64,000 nucleotides of DNA from Parcubacteria group bacterium. GTDB taxonomy: Bacteria; Patescibacteriota; Minisyncoccia; Phycocordibacterales; 21-14-all-47-15. The position numbers were made by a program, and so were the translations under genes. Where the stretch lies: assembly GCA_016181845.1 (NCBI GenBank), contig JACOYO010000003.1, positions 16,185-80,184 on the forward strand. Reading direction: 5' to 3'. This document shows, piece by piece, positions 36,822-46,081 of the stretch. How positions within the stretch are numbered: the first letter of the stretch is position 1; each line of letters opens with the position of its first letter. The notes beneath the pieces are model-generated. The model saw only the letters and a list, made by a program, of their open reading frames with translations, did no database searches and was not told the origin of the DNA.

Positions 36822-38861
36822 TTACAAAGGTTCCTCCTTCGTTGTGGATAACTTCTGCAATATCAAAAGTTCATCGCGCAAAAGCGCCGCGGTTTCAAAA
36901 TCAAGGATTTTTGCCGCCGCGTTCATTTGTTTTTCTTTTTCGGTGATTATTTTTTGAAGTTTTTTTGGATTCGCCGCGAATTTTTCTTTATCAATTACAA
37001 GCACCGCATTCACGGCTTTCGCGTGTTCGCTTTGCAATGCTTCGGTAATATCGTGGATCTTTTTCTCTATGGTTTTTGGAGTAATTCCATGTTTTTTATT
37101 ATAAGCAATCTGCAATGCTCTACGGCGATTGGTTTCGCTTATCGCCCGCTCCATGGAGCCAGTAGTAGTATCGGCATAGAGAATAACCCGCCCGAAAACA
37201 TTGCGCGCCGCGCGCCCGATAATCTGGACAAGCGATGTTTCGCTCCTCAAAAACCCCTCTTTGTCTGCATCCAAAATACCGATAAGCGACACCTCCGGCA
37301 AATCAAGCCCTTCCCGCAAGAGATTCACACCGACAATCACGTCAAATTTTCCTTTTCTAAAATCGGTGAGAATTCCGATGCGTTCCATGGTTTTAATTTC
37401 ACTGTGCAAGTATTCGGCTTTGATTTTTTTCTCTTTGAGATACGCACTCAAATCTTCAGCCATTTTTTTGGTGAGCGTCGTCGCAATCGCACGGTATCCT
37501 TTTTTAATTTCTTTTTCCGCTTCGGTAATAAAGTCGGCAATCTGTCCTCGATACTTCCCTTTTTCTATCACTCCGCGCACTTCCACTTCGGGGTCTGTTA
37601 ATCCGGTCGGGCGGATAATTTGTTCAACCACTTGCTTACTTTTCTCGCGTTCATAATTTGCCGGCGTCGCCGAAGTAAAAATTACTTGCCCGATGCGCTT
37701 TTCAAATTCATGAAATTTAAGCGGGCGATTATCCTGCGCCGAGGGCAGACGAAATCCATATTCAACGAGCGTTTTTTTGCGCGCGGCATCTCCTTCATAC
37801 ATGCCGCCGATTTGCGGCACGGTTACGTGCGATTCATCTATGATGATGAGAAAGTCTGGCGTTCCGTCTTTGTGATGCGGGAAATAAGAGAGTAGCGTGT
37901 CGGGCGGTTCTCCAGGCGCTTTGCCAGAAAAATGCCGCGAATAATTTTCAATGCCATTGCAATATCCGACTTCTCTGATAAGGGCGATATCATGATTAGT
38001 ACGACGCTTGAGTCGTTCGGCATCGAGCATCTTGCCCGCCGCTTCAAGTTCTTTCAGCCGCTCTTTTAATTCCGCTTGAATGCTTTTCACCGCGATAGCC
38101 CGGCGTTTTTCATCGGTCACAAAGTGTTTCGCCGGAAAAAGAAAAATCTCCCGCGGCTCACTAATAATACTTCGCGAGATAGCATCTAATTGAATTATGT
38201 TTGTTATCCGCCCGTCCGAAAGTTCCAGACGATAGAGCACTTTCTCATGCGGCGGCATCACCTCAACGACATTGCCAATAGCGCGAAAAGTGCCGGTGGT
38301 TACATCGGCATTAGTGCGTTCATAATAAATCTTGATAAGTTTACGCATCAAGTCGGCGCGGCTTATCCGCGTCTCGCGCGCAATCTGAAGATGTTCTTCT
38401 TTGTATTCTTCCGGGCTTCCTAAGCCATAAATACAAGATACCGAAGCGACAATAACCACATCGCGGCGTGTCAAAAGCGCCTGCGTGGACGCGTGGCGAA
38501 GCCGGTCAATCTCTTTGTTGATTTGCGCGTCTTTTTCAATATAGGTATCGCTTATCGGCATGTACGCTTCCGGCTGATAATAATCGTAGTAAGAAACAAA
38601 ATAATGCACCGCGTTATTGGGGAAAAATTCTTTATACTCTTGTGCGAGCTGTGCCGCTAGTGTTTTATTATGCGCGATAACGAGCGTCGGCTTCCCTATC
38701 GCCGCAATAACATTTGCCGCCGTAAACGTCTTCCCCGAGCCGGTCACGCCCAAAAGCGTCTGGTGGCTCATCCCTTTTTTCAAACCTTCTACGAGCGACA
38801 AAATTGCCTTCGGCTGGTCTCCTGCTGGCTTATATTCACTTCGTAATTTAAACGATTGCAT
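36822..38861 (-). CDS. uvrB: excinuclease ABC subunit B
   Basis: Helicase motifs (GVTGSGKT, DESH), a C-terminal UvrC-interacting coiled coil (…LRDELLILQKL…) and the typical 679 aa. Confidence 0.95.
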   Translation of the reverse strand: MQSFKLRSEYKPAGDQPKAILSLVEGLKKGMSHQTLLGVTGSGKTFTAANVIAAIGKPTLVIAHNKTLAAQLAQEYKEFFPNNAVHYFVSYYDYYQPEAYMPISDTYIEKDAQINKEIDRLRHASTQALLTRRDVVIVASVSCIYGLGSPEEYKEEHLQIARETRISRADLMRKLIKIYYERTNADVTTGTFRAIGNVVEVMPPHEKVLYRLELSDGRITNIIQLDAISRSIISEPREIFLFPAKHFVTDEKRRAIAVKSIQAELKERLKELEAAGKMLDAERLKRRTNHDIALIREVGYCNGIENYSRHFSGKAPGEPPDTLLSYFPHHKDGTPDFLIIIDESHVTVPQIGGMYEGDAARKKTLVEYGFRLPSAQDNRPLKFHEFEKRIGQVIFTSATPANYEREKSKQVVEQIIRPTGLTDPEVEVRGVIEKGKYRGQIADFITEAEKEIKKGYRAIATTLTKKMAEDLSAYLKEKKIKAEYLHSEIKTMERIGILTDFRKGKFDVIVGVNLLREGLDLPEVSLIGILDADKEGFLRSETSLVQIIGRAARNVFGRVILYADTTTGSMERAISETNRRRALQIAYNKKHGITPKTIEKKIHDITEALQSEHAKAVNAVLVIDKEKFAANPKKLQKIITEKEKQMNAAAKILDFETAALLRDELLILQKLSTTKEEPL

Positions 38862-40101
38862 CTGTTTTATAGTAATTATTCAAAAAATTTTTTTTATATA
38901 ATTCAAAATTATTGTCTACAATACTACGGCGAATTTTTTTCACCAAATTCACGATAAAAAAGAGATTATGAATTGACGCAAGTGTCGCCGCAAACATTTC
39001 TTTTGCGCGAAAAAGATGTGCCACATACGCGCGAGTATAATGCGCGCATGTATAGCATCGGCATTCTTTTTCTATCGGTGAAAAATCTTCCCGATATTGC
39101 GCGTTCAGAATGTTCATTCGCCCATCGTGTGTGTAGAGCGTGCCGTTTCGCGCCATACGTGTCGGCGCCACACAATCAAACAAATCTATCCCGTTTTCAA
39201 TTCCGCCAAATAAATCGGAGGGCTCGCCGATGCCAAGCAAATGCCGCGGCTTATCCTTCGGCAAGAGCGCATTGACCCAGCCCACGGCGGTGTTCATGTC
39301 TTCTTTGTCAAACGAGCCGCCGATGCCAAACCCATCAAACCCTCGGTCGCCAGATTTCATTTGAGAAATAATTCTCGCGCTCTCTTCGCGCAAATCTCTA
39401 AATCGCCCTCCCTGCACAATACCAAAAAGCGCCTGCTTTCTCCCACTTGGTGGTTGAGCCTCCAGGTGAAAATCAAGACAGCGCTTTGCCCAGCGGTGCG
39501 TGCGCTCCGTCGCTTCTTCTTGGTACGCGCGCGGCGCTTTGGGCGATGTGCATTCATCAAACGCGAAAATGATATCAGCGCCGATGTTGTGCTGAATCTC
39601 AATGGAACGCTCAGGCGTAAAACGATGTTCACTGCCATCCAAATGTGAACGAAACGTGACTCCGTCTTCATCAATTTTTGCCAGCGCAATATCTTCTCCA
39701 TTTTCTTCGCTGAAGCTCTCTCCGTTTTTTTCTCCTTTGGCAATCTTACTCACATTAGTACCAAATGCCGCGCCAAGAGAAAATGCCTGAAATCCGCCAG
39801 AGTCAGTCATTGTCGGTCCATGCCAATTCATGAAGTTATGCAGACCACCCGCTTTTTTCACGCGCAAGTCGCCCGGTTCAAGATACAAATGATATGTATT
39901 CGCGAGCACCACTTGCGCGCCGAGAGATGCAACCTGCTCCGGCGACAATGCTTTTACCGATGCTTTCGTGCCGACAACAACAAACGCCGGCGTTTCAATA
40001 CTGCCATGCGGCGTCGTTAATATACCGGCGCGGCCAAGCGCATTCGGTATCTTTTTTTGTATGGAAAAATTTATTGGCGACATGGCGAAACTATACCACA
40101 C
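38848..40101 (-). CDS. tgt: queuine tRNA-ribosyltransferase
   Basis: ...VVGTKASVKAL... and the C-terminal zinc site CRCYTC...H. 417 aa; the real start may be M6. Confidence 0.9.
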   Translation of the reverse strand: MWYSFAMSPINFSIQKKIPNALGRAGILTTPHGSIETPAFVVVGTKASVKALSPEQVASLGAQVVLANTYHLYLEPGDLRVKKAGGLHNFMNWHGPTMTDSGGFQAFSLGAAFGTNVSKIAKGEKNGESFSEENGEDIALAKIDEDGVTFRSHLDGSEHRFTPERSIEIQHNIGADIIFAFDECTSPKAPRAYQEEATERTHRWAKRCLDFHLEAQPPSGRKQALFGIVQGGRFRDLREESARIISQMKSGDRGFDGFGIGGSFDKEDMNTAVGWVNALLPKDKPRHLLGIGEPSDLFGGIENGIDLFDCVAPTRMARNGTLYTHDGRMNILNAQYREDFSPIEKECRCYTCAHYTRAYVAHLFRAKEMFAATLASIHNLFFIVNLVKKIRRSIVDNNFELYKKNFLNNYYKTDAIV

Positions 40102-40188
40102 AATACAAGAAAATATATAATGGCTACTGAAAATATGTTGTAAAATAACGTTTTTTCTAGAACTTGCGCCCGCATAATATAAAAATAC

Positions 40189-40217
40189 TTGACAAATAAT
40201 TTGAATAGTGTATATTA
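40189..40217 (+). promoter_or_regulatory. sigma-70-like promoter (TTGACA-16/17-TATATT) reading into the ORF-poor region
   Basis: TTGACA at 40189-40194. Confidence 0.4.
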
Positions 40218-40229
40218 TAAAAGTAATTA

Positions 40230-40900
40230 TTTATCATGGTTGACGAATTTTGTCGGCGTGTGATAAGATGATTGAGTTCTTTTCAACGGCAGGTCAATCT
40301 TAAATCTAAGATTGATTTGCTAAATATCAAGAGAGTCAAAAGTAAAGGAGACCCCACGATGGCACGAGCATCCCCGTTGACGTGCATGTACGCCAACAAA
40401 ATAAAGACAATTGTGAACGACGATACAACCATCCCCTGATCCCTGGTCGACGGCGCCCGATAGTTGTTGGGATGCTATACCATGGGGGTATAGATTATTC
40501 TCAACGCTAAACGGGATAGCCACCCGAAAAGGAAAAGGAGAAAAAAATGGTCCCTCGAGCCCCGACCTAGGGAGGTTTCCTCCCTAAAAAAATAAAGATG
40601 GAGTGGTGGGAAGCGATACTTTACTTTACTAAAAAATAACAAGTGATAATAAAAGTCTATAAAAAAAGTATTGTTTCCCAATTATCCCCCATGACCTCAC
40701 TGCCGCTCTCGCCTACTCTCCCTATGGGAGAATAATAGTAGACGGAAGAGCGACCGGAGAACCGGTACTGCGCTATGCCGGCAGTACCTAAGGAGGATCC
40801 AATGGACCGACTAGGTCGGCCACCCTAGTGAAGGTGGCCACATTAAAATCCAGCCCGCAGTAAGTTTACGTTTTGCGTAAACCCTGCGGGCTTTTTAGTT
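40230..40900 (+). other. ORF-poor, hairpin-rich locus with several SD-led micro-ORFs; candidate structured RNA or micropeptide locus
   Basis: No ORF of 60 aa or more. Hairpins: ggccacc...ggtggcc, ggtactgc...gcagtacc, gggagg...cctccc. Micro-ORFs behind AAGGAG(G): 40359-40439 (MARASPLTCMYANKIKTIVNDDTTIP), MVPRAPT, MEWWEAILYFTKK, MDRLGRPP. The locus ends in a strong terminator. Confidence 0.3.
40852..40896 (+). terminator. strong intrinsic terminator ending the ORF-poor locus
   Basis: agcccgcag-taagtttacgttttgcgtaaac-cctgcgggctttttt. Confidence 0.6.
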
Positions 40901-40960
40901 TGTATATTTCTAAAAAACGACGAGCATGCTAGAGTATGGAAAGAAGATGTTTTACATATA

Positions 40961-40989
40961 TTCACTTAGTGGTTGAACCACTAAGTGAA
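40961..40989. repeat. R2 palindrome copy (ttcacttagtgg-ttgaa-ccactaagtgaa)
   Basis: 29 bp; related copies at 13590-13616, 46733-46755 and 49951-49976. Confidence 0.6.
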
Positions 40990-41008
40990 CATAACAAAGG
41001 AGCCGCGT

Positions 41009-41860
41009 ATGAATGAGCCCGTTTCAAAAAAAGACCCTTCTTTTGAAATTACGTTATTTACAGCAATGGACCAAACCGGAAGAATGAGAAACTCGCAAGA
41101 GTCGGACCGACCACTTTGGGATAATAACCCGGAGATTATTAAGGAGCTCAATCGGATTGCTTTTAGAAAAATCATATTGATGGGAAGAAAAACATACGAA
41201 CTCCTCCTGCACGACGCGACCAAGCATGTTTTTTTAAATGACGCGGCGATTATTTTCGTTCTCACAAAAAAGCGCGGCGATGAACTTATTAAAAAAGAGC
41301 ACACCTCACACGTGTATGCTATTAATGCGCTTGAAGGTATAAGAAATTTTTGGTGGTTATTGGAAGAAGCATTTGAGGAAAAAAGGAGACAAAAAATAAC
41401 AGCGTGCCGCAAAGTACAAAATGACTGGAGAAAGAAACCGGAAACGACTGGCACAAAAGAAAACTCCGAATCGCCGATGTCTAATCCAAAAGATAAAGAA
41501 CTGGTTGAACAACTAGAAAAAACAATAGATAGTATAGAGCAAGAAAAAATCCCAATCCAACCGGAAATTGTGGTGCTTGGAGGCGTTAGTTTGTATCAAG
41601 AAATGATTGATTATGCCACTGCTATCTATGCATTTCTGATTCATGCTGAATTTACCGGCGAAGAAAAATTCCCTCTCTTTTTCAATGAGCAAGACTGGGA
41701 AATTAAAGGGGAGATGGACTCTAAAGAAAAAGATTCCAACGGATATCCCCTTTTTACGTCAATAACATATCGGCGAAAAGCCCAGCCAGAAAAACATCTG
41801 CCTTTTTTCAGGCCGGATTTGCCTCCTTTGCCTGTGGAAAAAGAAAAATCAAAAAAATGA
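41009..41860 (+). CDS. dihydrofolate-reductase-fold protein with an approximately 80-aa Lys/Glu-rich insertion
   Basis: Start at MNEPVSKK (AAAGGAG upstream). The N-terminal half has ...LFTAMDQTGRMRN...PLW...ILMGRKTYELL...; the C-terminal half has ...IVVLGGVSLYQEMIDYATAIYAFLIHAEFTGEEKFP...DWE, which matches the DHFR pattern. Confidence 0.55.
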   Translation: MNEPVSKKDPSFEITLFTAMDQTGRMRNSQESDRPLWDNNPEIIKELNRIAFRKIILMGRKTYELLLHDATKHVFLNDAAIIFVLTKKRGDELIKKEHTSHVYAINALEGIRNFWWLLEEAFEEKRRQKITACRKVQNDWRKKPETTGTKENSESPMSNPKDKELVEQLEKTIDSIEQEKIPIQPEIVVLGGVSLYQEMIDYATAIYAFLIHAEFTGEEKFPLFFNEQDWEIKGEMDSKEKDSNGYPLFTSITYRRKAQPEKHLPFFRPDLPPLPVEKEKSKK

Positions 41861-42052
41861 GTATACTGATTGCCTCGCGGCTTGTGTCGCGGGGCAATTT
41901 TTATTCTAGAAAAACAGCGCGAAAGATTACCGATACAGTATCGTTACTACGATACTCGTTATGTTTGCAAAAATACCAAGCATCATAAAAAACATTGCGA
42001 GGTCGTCTTTGAGCACGCTTCTTTTTATATGGATAGGCATAAGCGAATATGA

Positions 42053-42268
42053 TTAGGCAAACAACCAAAAGACATAGCCAGCGACCAAAAAGAATACTCC
42101 TAGACCGCCCAAAAACTGCTCTCGTTTCATTTCAGCAAAAACACGGCTGTCTATTTTATGCTCATACAAAAAACGATGGTGCACCATGAGCGCCATGAAA
42201 CCAATGAGTATCGCGCCGAGCGTTTGCAGGGTATAACTGATAAAAATAAACGATATATTGAAAAACAT
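42053..42268 (-). CDS. small membrane protein, hypothetical
   Basis: 71 aa, two hydrophobic helices. Confidence 0.3.
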   Translation of the reverse strand: MFFNISFIFISYTLQTLGAILIGFMALMVHHRFLYEHKIDSRVFAEMKREQFLGGLGVFFLVAGYVFWLFA

Positions 42269-42372
42269 AGTATTGTTCTGTTAGGAATAAAGCCGCATCA
42301 AAAAAGCGACGACGGCAACCAGTATAAAAAGCGATAGGGTGATAAAAAACTCGCGCATACGGTAACAAAACA

Positions 42373-42822
42373 TTAGCGTCTCCCATAAAGGCCGACATAT
42401 TCCGCTTCTTCTATTATACTTTCTCGCATCGCTTCTTTCAATTGCCCGACTTGCGCTCCAGCCGGAATACAGAGTGGCTTGTCTAACGCGTAGAGTTTGA
42501 AAAAATAACGATGCGGAGCGACTCCTTTCGGCGGACACGGACCGCCGTAACCAACAACGCCAAAATCAGTCTCCCCCTCCACCGCGCCGTTTGGCGCGCT
42601 CTGTTCCGCTATTTCTTTTGTATCGGGAGAAATATTCCACATGGTCCAATGCGTAAAAATCTTTCCGTCGGTTGCATCCGGGTCATCCATAATAAGCGCG
42701 AGCGTTTTTGCTTCTTTGGGGACATCTTCAAATAACAGACGCGGGTTGATATTGCTACCATCGCATGTATATTTTGCAGGGATTATTTCTTTTTCCTGAA
42801 ATATGTCGCTCGTAATTTTCAT
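42373..42822 (-). CDS. YbhB/YbcL-family phosphatidylethanolamine-binding protein (PEBP)
   Basis: ...DPDAT....HW...GYGGPCPPKG..HRYFFKLYALD matches PEBP signatures. Confidence 0.8.
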   Translation of the reverse strand: MKITSDIFQEKEIIPAKYTCDGSNINPRLLFEDVPKEAKTLALIMDDPDATDGKIFTHWTMWNISPDTKEIAEQSAPNGAVEGETDFGVVGYGGPCPPKGVAPHRYFFKLYALDKPLCIPAGAQVGQLKEAMRESIIEEAEYVGLYGRR

Positions 42823-42828
42823 AGTATG

Positions 42829-43158
42829 TTACCGATTGTCTCCGCTTCCGCCAATGGTGCCGCGCGCTTTGCGTGATTGCAGTTTTTCCAAATTGTGCGC
42901 CGCGATATCTTTCAGCGACAAATCAAACTCGGTGGCAATTTGCGCAAGATACCACAGCACATCGCCCAATTCTTTTTTTATATCTTCTCTTTTTTCTTCC
43001 GTCACGACGCCTTCTTCATCGCGAAAAATTTTTTTCACTTTGCCCGCCACTTCACCCGCTTCGTTCACGAGTCCCAACGCCGGGTACACATATCGTTCGC
43101 CAATTTTTGGATATATTGCCGTGTCTCTGCTTTGTTTTTGATAGTCATCAAATGTCAT
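42829..43158 (-). CDS. MazG-like nucleotide pyrophosphohydrolase
   Basis: ...LGLVNEAGEVAGKVKK......EELGDVLWYLAQIA... shows the EExxE/D...D pattern of the all-alpha NTP-PPase fold. Confidence 0.7.
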   Translation of the reverse strand: MTFDDYQKQSRDTAIYPKIGERYVYPALGLVNEAGEVAGKVKKIFRDEEGVVTEEKREDIKKELGDVLWYLAQIATEFDLSLKDIAAHNLEKLQSRKARGTIGGSGDNR

Positions 43159-43207
43159 GTTTGATTGGTATTTAGTATAAGTATAGTATATACGAAACTA
43201 AAATGCG

Positions 43208-44032
43208 TTAAAACAAGGTCTCTTTTTTTATGTCATCCTTTTTTTCTTTTGTCTGATTGGCTATTTTTTGGCGCGCGTCAAGCTGGGCATCACGCGCCGC
43301 TTCACGATACCTGCAATAATCGCAGTCTGCGCTCTGCGCTGGGACCGCGCCATCGTCAAGCGCTTTTTTTGCATGCGTAAGCGTTTTTTCAATCCACCCG
43401 TCGTCGCCGGTATAAGGGATAAGCTTCACGTCAAACTCAAGCTTCCCGTCAAAAGCTTCTTTGTCTGTACTGCCATTGCAATATACAAAATAGCCCGTGC
43501 TTGAAACTTGGAAGCCATTGCGCCGAAGAAGCCATTGATAAAATTCCATTTGTCTTTTATATCCGATTTGCCAATCTGCGTCTAAACTTACCTCGCCGTC
43601 TTTTGATGTCGCTTTGTAATCAACGACGATGAGCTCGCCCTCTGGATTAACCCAAATATCATCAACGCCTCCTGTCACCAAAAAATTGGTCGGCTCGTGC
43701 AGATAGGTTACCCCGCCGCGAAGCGAATCGCGCCATTCATTCATTTTTGAGTGCTGGAAAGGAACAGCGTCAACACCATATTGCTTCATCAGCGGATGAG
43801 CGCTTCCTTTCGCGCGGTGCGCGTCAAATTCTTTTTTCAAAAGCGCGTCAACGGCGGAATTGAGTGAAAATGGAAATCCTGGCGGCCGCGCCACGCCAAG
43901 ACGGCGGTCAAGATAAAAACATTTCGGACATTCCAAAAATAAATCAACTTTTGAACGTGAGAGACGAAACGGCTCTTTTGATTCCGGAATATACAGATTT
44001 CTTATCCGTTTTGGATTGTAATATTGAGACAT
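43208..44032 (-). CDS. stand-alone PD-(D/E)XK nuclease with Cas4/RecB-like cysteine cluster
   Basis: N-terminal CPKCF and C-terminal CDYCRY give four Cys, as for the Cas4-type Fe-S cluster. Core D...EL.VVDYK (D/ExK). Confidence 0.6.
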   Translation of the reverse strand: MSQYYNPKRIRNLYIPESKEPFRLSRSKVDLFLECPKCFYLDRRLGVARPPGFPFSLNSAVDALLKKEFDAHRAKGSAHPLMKQYGVDAVPFQHSKMNEWRDSLRGGVTYLHEPTNFLVTGGVDDIWVNPEGELIVVDYKATSKDGEVSLDADWQIGYKRQMEFYQWLLRRNGFQVSSTGYFVYCNGSTDKEAFDGKLEFDVKLIPYTGDDGWIEKTLTHAKKALDDGAVPAQSADCDYCRYREAARDAQLDARQKIANQTKEKKDDIKKETLF

Positions 44033-44105
44033 ACGCGAAGTATACCGTATTTAGCATACGGTATCCAGTACGACACGAGGAAAACCCAAAGACGATTGTG
44101 TTTGC

Positions 44106-46037
44106 TTAATGCGCAATCAGCTGGTTGGCAATCATGAATATATTGCCGAGCAATGACGCGCTTTTGGCATTTGATTGCGGCGCTTCGGATGGAGGTGGCG
44201 GAGCAATACTGCCGTCTAAAGGAGCGGTAAATCCTGTTGGTTCCGTTTGTGGCGGAGGTGGCGCTATCTGTTGCTGTTCTTGCTGGAGCATCATTCCGCT
44301 ATCTATTGGTTGTATGATTGGCATTATTGAAGTGCGCTCTCCTTCCTGAAAACCTTGTTCTGTTTGCGGCATTTGCGGTATAAATTTTTCCCCTTCTATT
44401 CTCATCATATTGTCGTCTCCCATCATCGGTCTTTCAAAAGATTGCCGGTCGTCAAATTTCTGCTCGCCTTCAAAAATCCGCTGTTGTACATCGCGCTGAA
44501 ATTCTTCAGGATTCTTAAAATGTTCCAATGACGGCATCCCTTCGCGCACGCATCGCTCAATCGTCCCGCCGATGTCAGACGGCGCGCGACTGCTATCAAG
44601 CGCCCCTTTCACGCAATCACGCGCGGATTCCGGCACAGCATTGAGATTAAAATGTTCTTGAAATCCTTTTTTGATTTCGCGCTCGCGAATATTCCTCTCA
44701 TCATCTTTTCCTTTCATCATTCCATTCTCTCCATGCTCAAAGCCGCCATTAAAATCTTCCAGCATATTGCCTTGCATGTCTCTGAAATCGCCTCGCGGTT
44801 GCTCGCCGCTGAATTGTTCAAAACATCCGCGTATTTCTGACTCCGCTTTTTGGCGTTCTTCTTGAGACATCTTGCCCATATTTTGCAATCCTTCTTTGCC
44901 GATGCGTTCAGTAACGCAAGATTCCACCTCCGGAGGCATGTTTCCCATAAACCCGCCTTCACCATTTTCAGGTCCTCCCATTCCGCCGAATTGTTCAAAA
45001 CATTTTTGCGCGGTGTCGCCAATATTTTTTCCTGGCATCTTGGTGCCGGCGCGAATGCCTTCAATCACGTCAGACCCGAGAGCGTCTTTTAAGCATTGCG
45101 ACACTGGAGCAGGCGCTTCATCAAGCATTTTTCTAAATTCTCCGACATGGCGGTTAATATTTTCAAGCTCATCTGGAGGTATCAGCCCATGCTCTTGCGC
45201 AAACGCAAAACAGGCATCCTGATGCGCGGGGTCTTCGCAATATGTTTGACATTCTTCGCGCTTACAGCCACCGGGGCCTTTGCCACCCGTTTTCCTAGCC
45301 ATTTCAGCGTCTTTTGCAGAAACAAATCCCGCTTTTTCACCAAAAGCAAGACATTCTTCAAAATGAGAGTCGTCGTTGCAGTATGCTTCACATTCTTTTT
45401 TGCCTTTGCATCCGCCCGGCATTTGTCCGCTCTTCATAAGGGGGGCGATACGCCTTGCTTCCGCAAGTTCTTCGGGAGGAATAAATCCGGCTTTTTCAGC
45501 AAACGCCAAACACTCATCTATGTGCGCGCCGTCTTCACAATATGCCTGACATTCTTTTTTCCCCTTACAACCCCCGGGCGGCACCGCGCCGTCTTTCAGC
45601 GCTTTTGCCACTTGTTTTGCTTCTTTTAATTCATCGGGCGGAATAAGACCGTGTTTTTCTCCAAACGCGACGCACTCTTCAATATGCGCCACATCTTCGC
45701 AATACGTATCGCAAGCCCCCTTTGAAGCACAGCCGCCAGGCCCGCTTGTTTCTCCAAGTTGCGCGAATTTCTTTGCCTCCCGTAATTCATCTGGCGGAAT
45801 TAAATTATATTTTTCTGCAAAAGAAAGACATGCATTGACATGCGACAAATCGTCACAATACGCACGGCACGCTTTTTCGTCCTTACAATCCCCCAATTCT
45901 GAAACCGGAAATACGATGTCTTGTGCCGTAAGCGCCTGCGCGGAAGAAACGCCAACTGCTCCGATGCCGACAATAACCGCTATAAAAAAAATCGCGTATC
46001 TCGTAAAAAGAAAAATATTTTTGTGCCGCATAAACAA
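44106..46037 (-). CDS. secreted protein with five tandem 4-Cys modules (about 49 aa each) and a long acidic, Gly/Met/Gln-rich, Pro-terminated tail
   Basis: Signal peptide ...GAVGVSSAQA. The repeat consensus is approximately GGCKGKKEC.AYCEDxxHI.EC.AFAEK.G.IPPDEL.EA, with C-x5-6-C-x3-C-x8-C spacing. Confidence 0.55.
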   Translation of the reverse strand: MFMRHKNIFLFTRYAIFFIAVIVGIGAVGVSSAQALTAQDIVFPVSELGDCKDEKACRAYCDDLSHVNACLSFAEKYNLIPPDELREAKKFAQLGETSGPGGCASKGACDTYCEDVAHIEECVAFGEKHGLIPPDELKEAKQVAKALKDGAVPPGGCKGKKECQAYCEDGAHIDECLAFAEKAGFIPPEELAEARRIAPLMKSGQMPGGCKGKKECEAYCNDDSHFEECLAFGEKAGFVSAKDAEMARKTGGKGPGGCKREECQTYCEDPAHQDACFAFAQEHGLIPPDELENINRHVGEFRKMLDEAPAPVSQCLKDALGSDVIEGIRAGTKMPGKNIGDTAQKCFEQFGGMGGPENGEGGFMGNMPPEVESCVTERIGKEGLQNMGKMSQEERQKAESEIRGCFEQFSGEQPRGDFRDMQGNMLEDFNGGFEHGENGMMKGKDDERNIREREIKKGFQEHFNLNAVPESARDCVKGALDSSRAPSDIGGTIERCVREGMPSLEHFKNPEEFQRDVQQRIFEGEQKFDDRQSFERPMMGDDNMMRIEGEKFIPQMPQTEQGFQEGERTSIMPIIQPIDSGMMLQQEQQQIAPPPPQTEPTGFTAPLDGSIAPPPPSEAPQSNAKSASLLGNIFMIANQLIAH

Positions 46038-46081
46038 AATAAAAAACTGTTAAAAAAGCGAAGATGTATTCTTCGCCGCTG

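Noticed and set aside
40230-40900. tmRNA, RNase P RNA, SRP RNA or 6S RNA in the large ORF-free region
   Set aside because: I looked for the tmRNA tRNA-like 3' end (GGTTCGAATCC...CCA), the RNase P P4 signature (AGGAAAGTCCGGGCTCC-like) and the SRP helix-8 GGAA/AGCA motifs. None is present, so I report it only as an unclassified structured locus.
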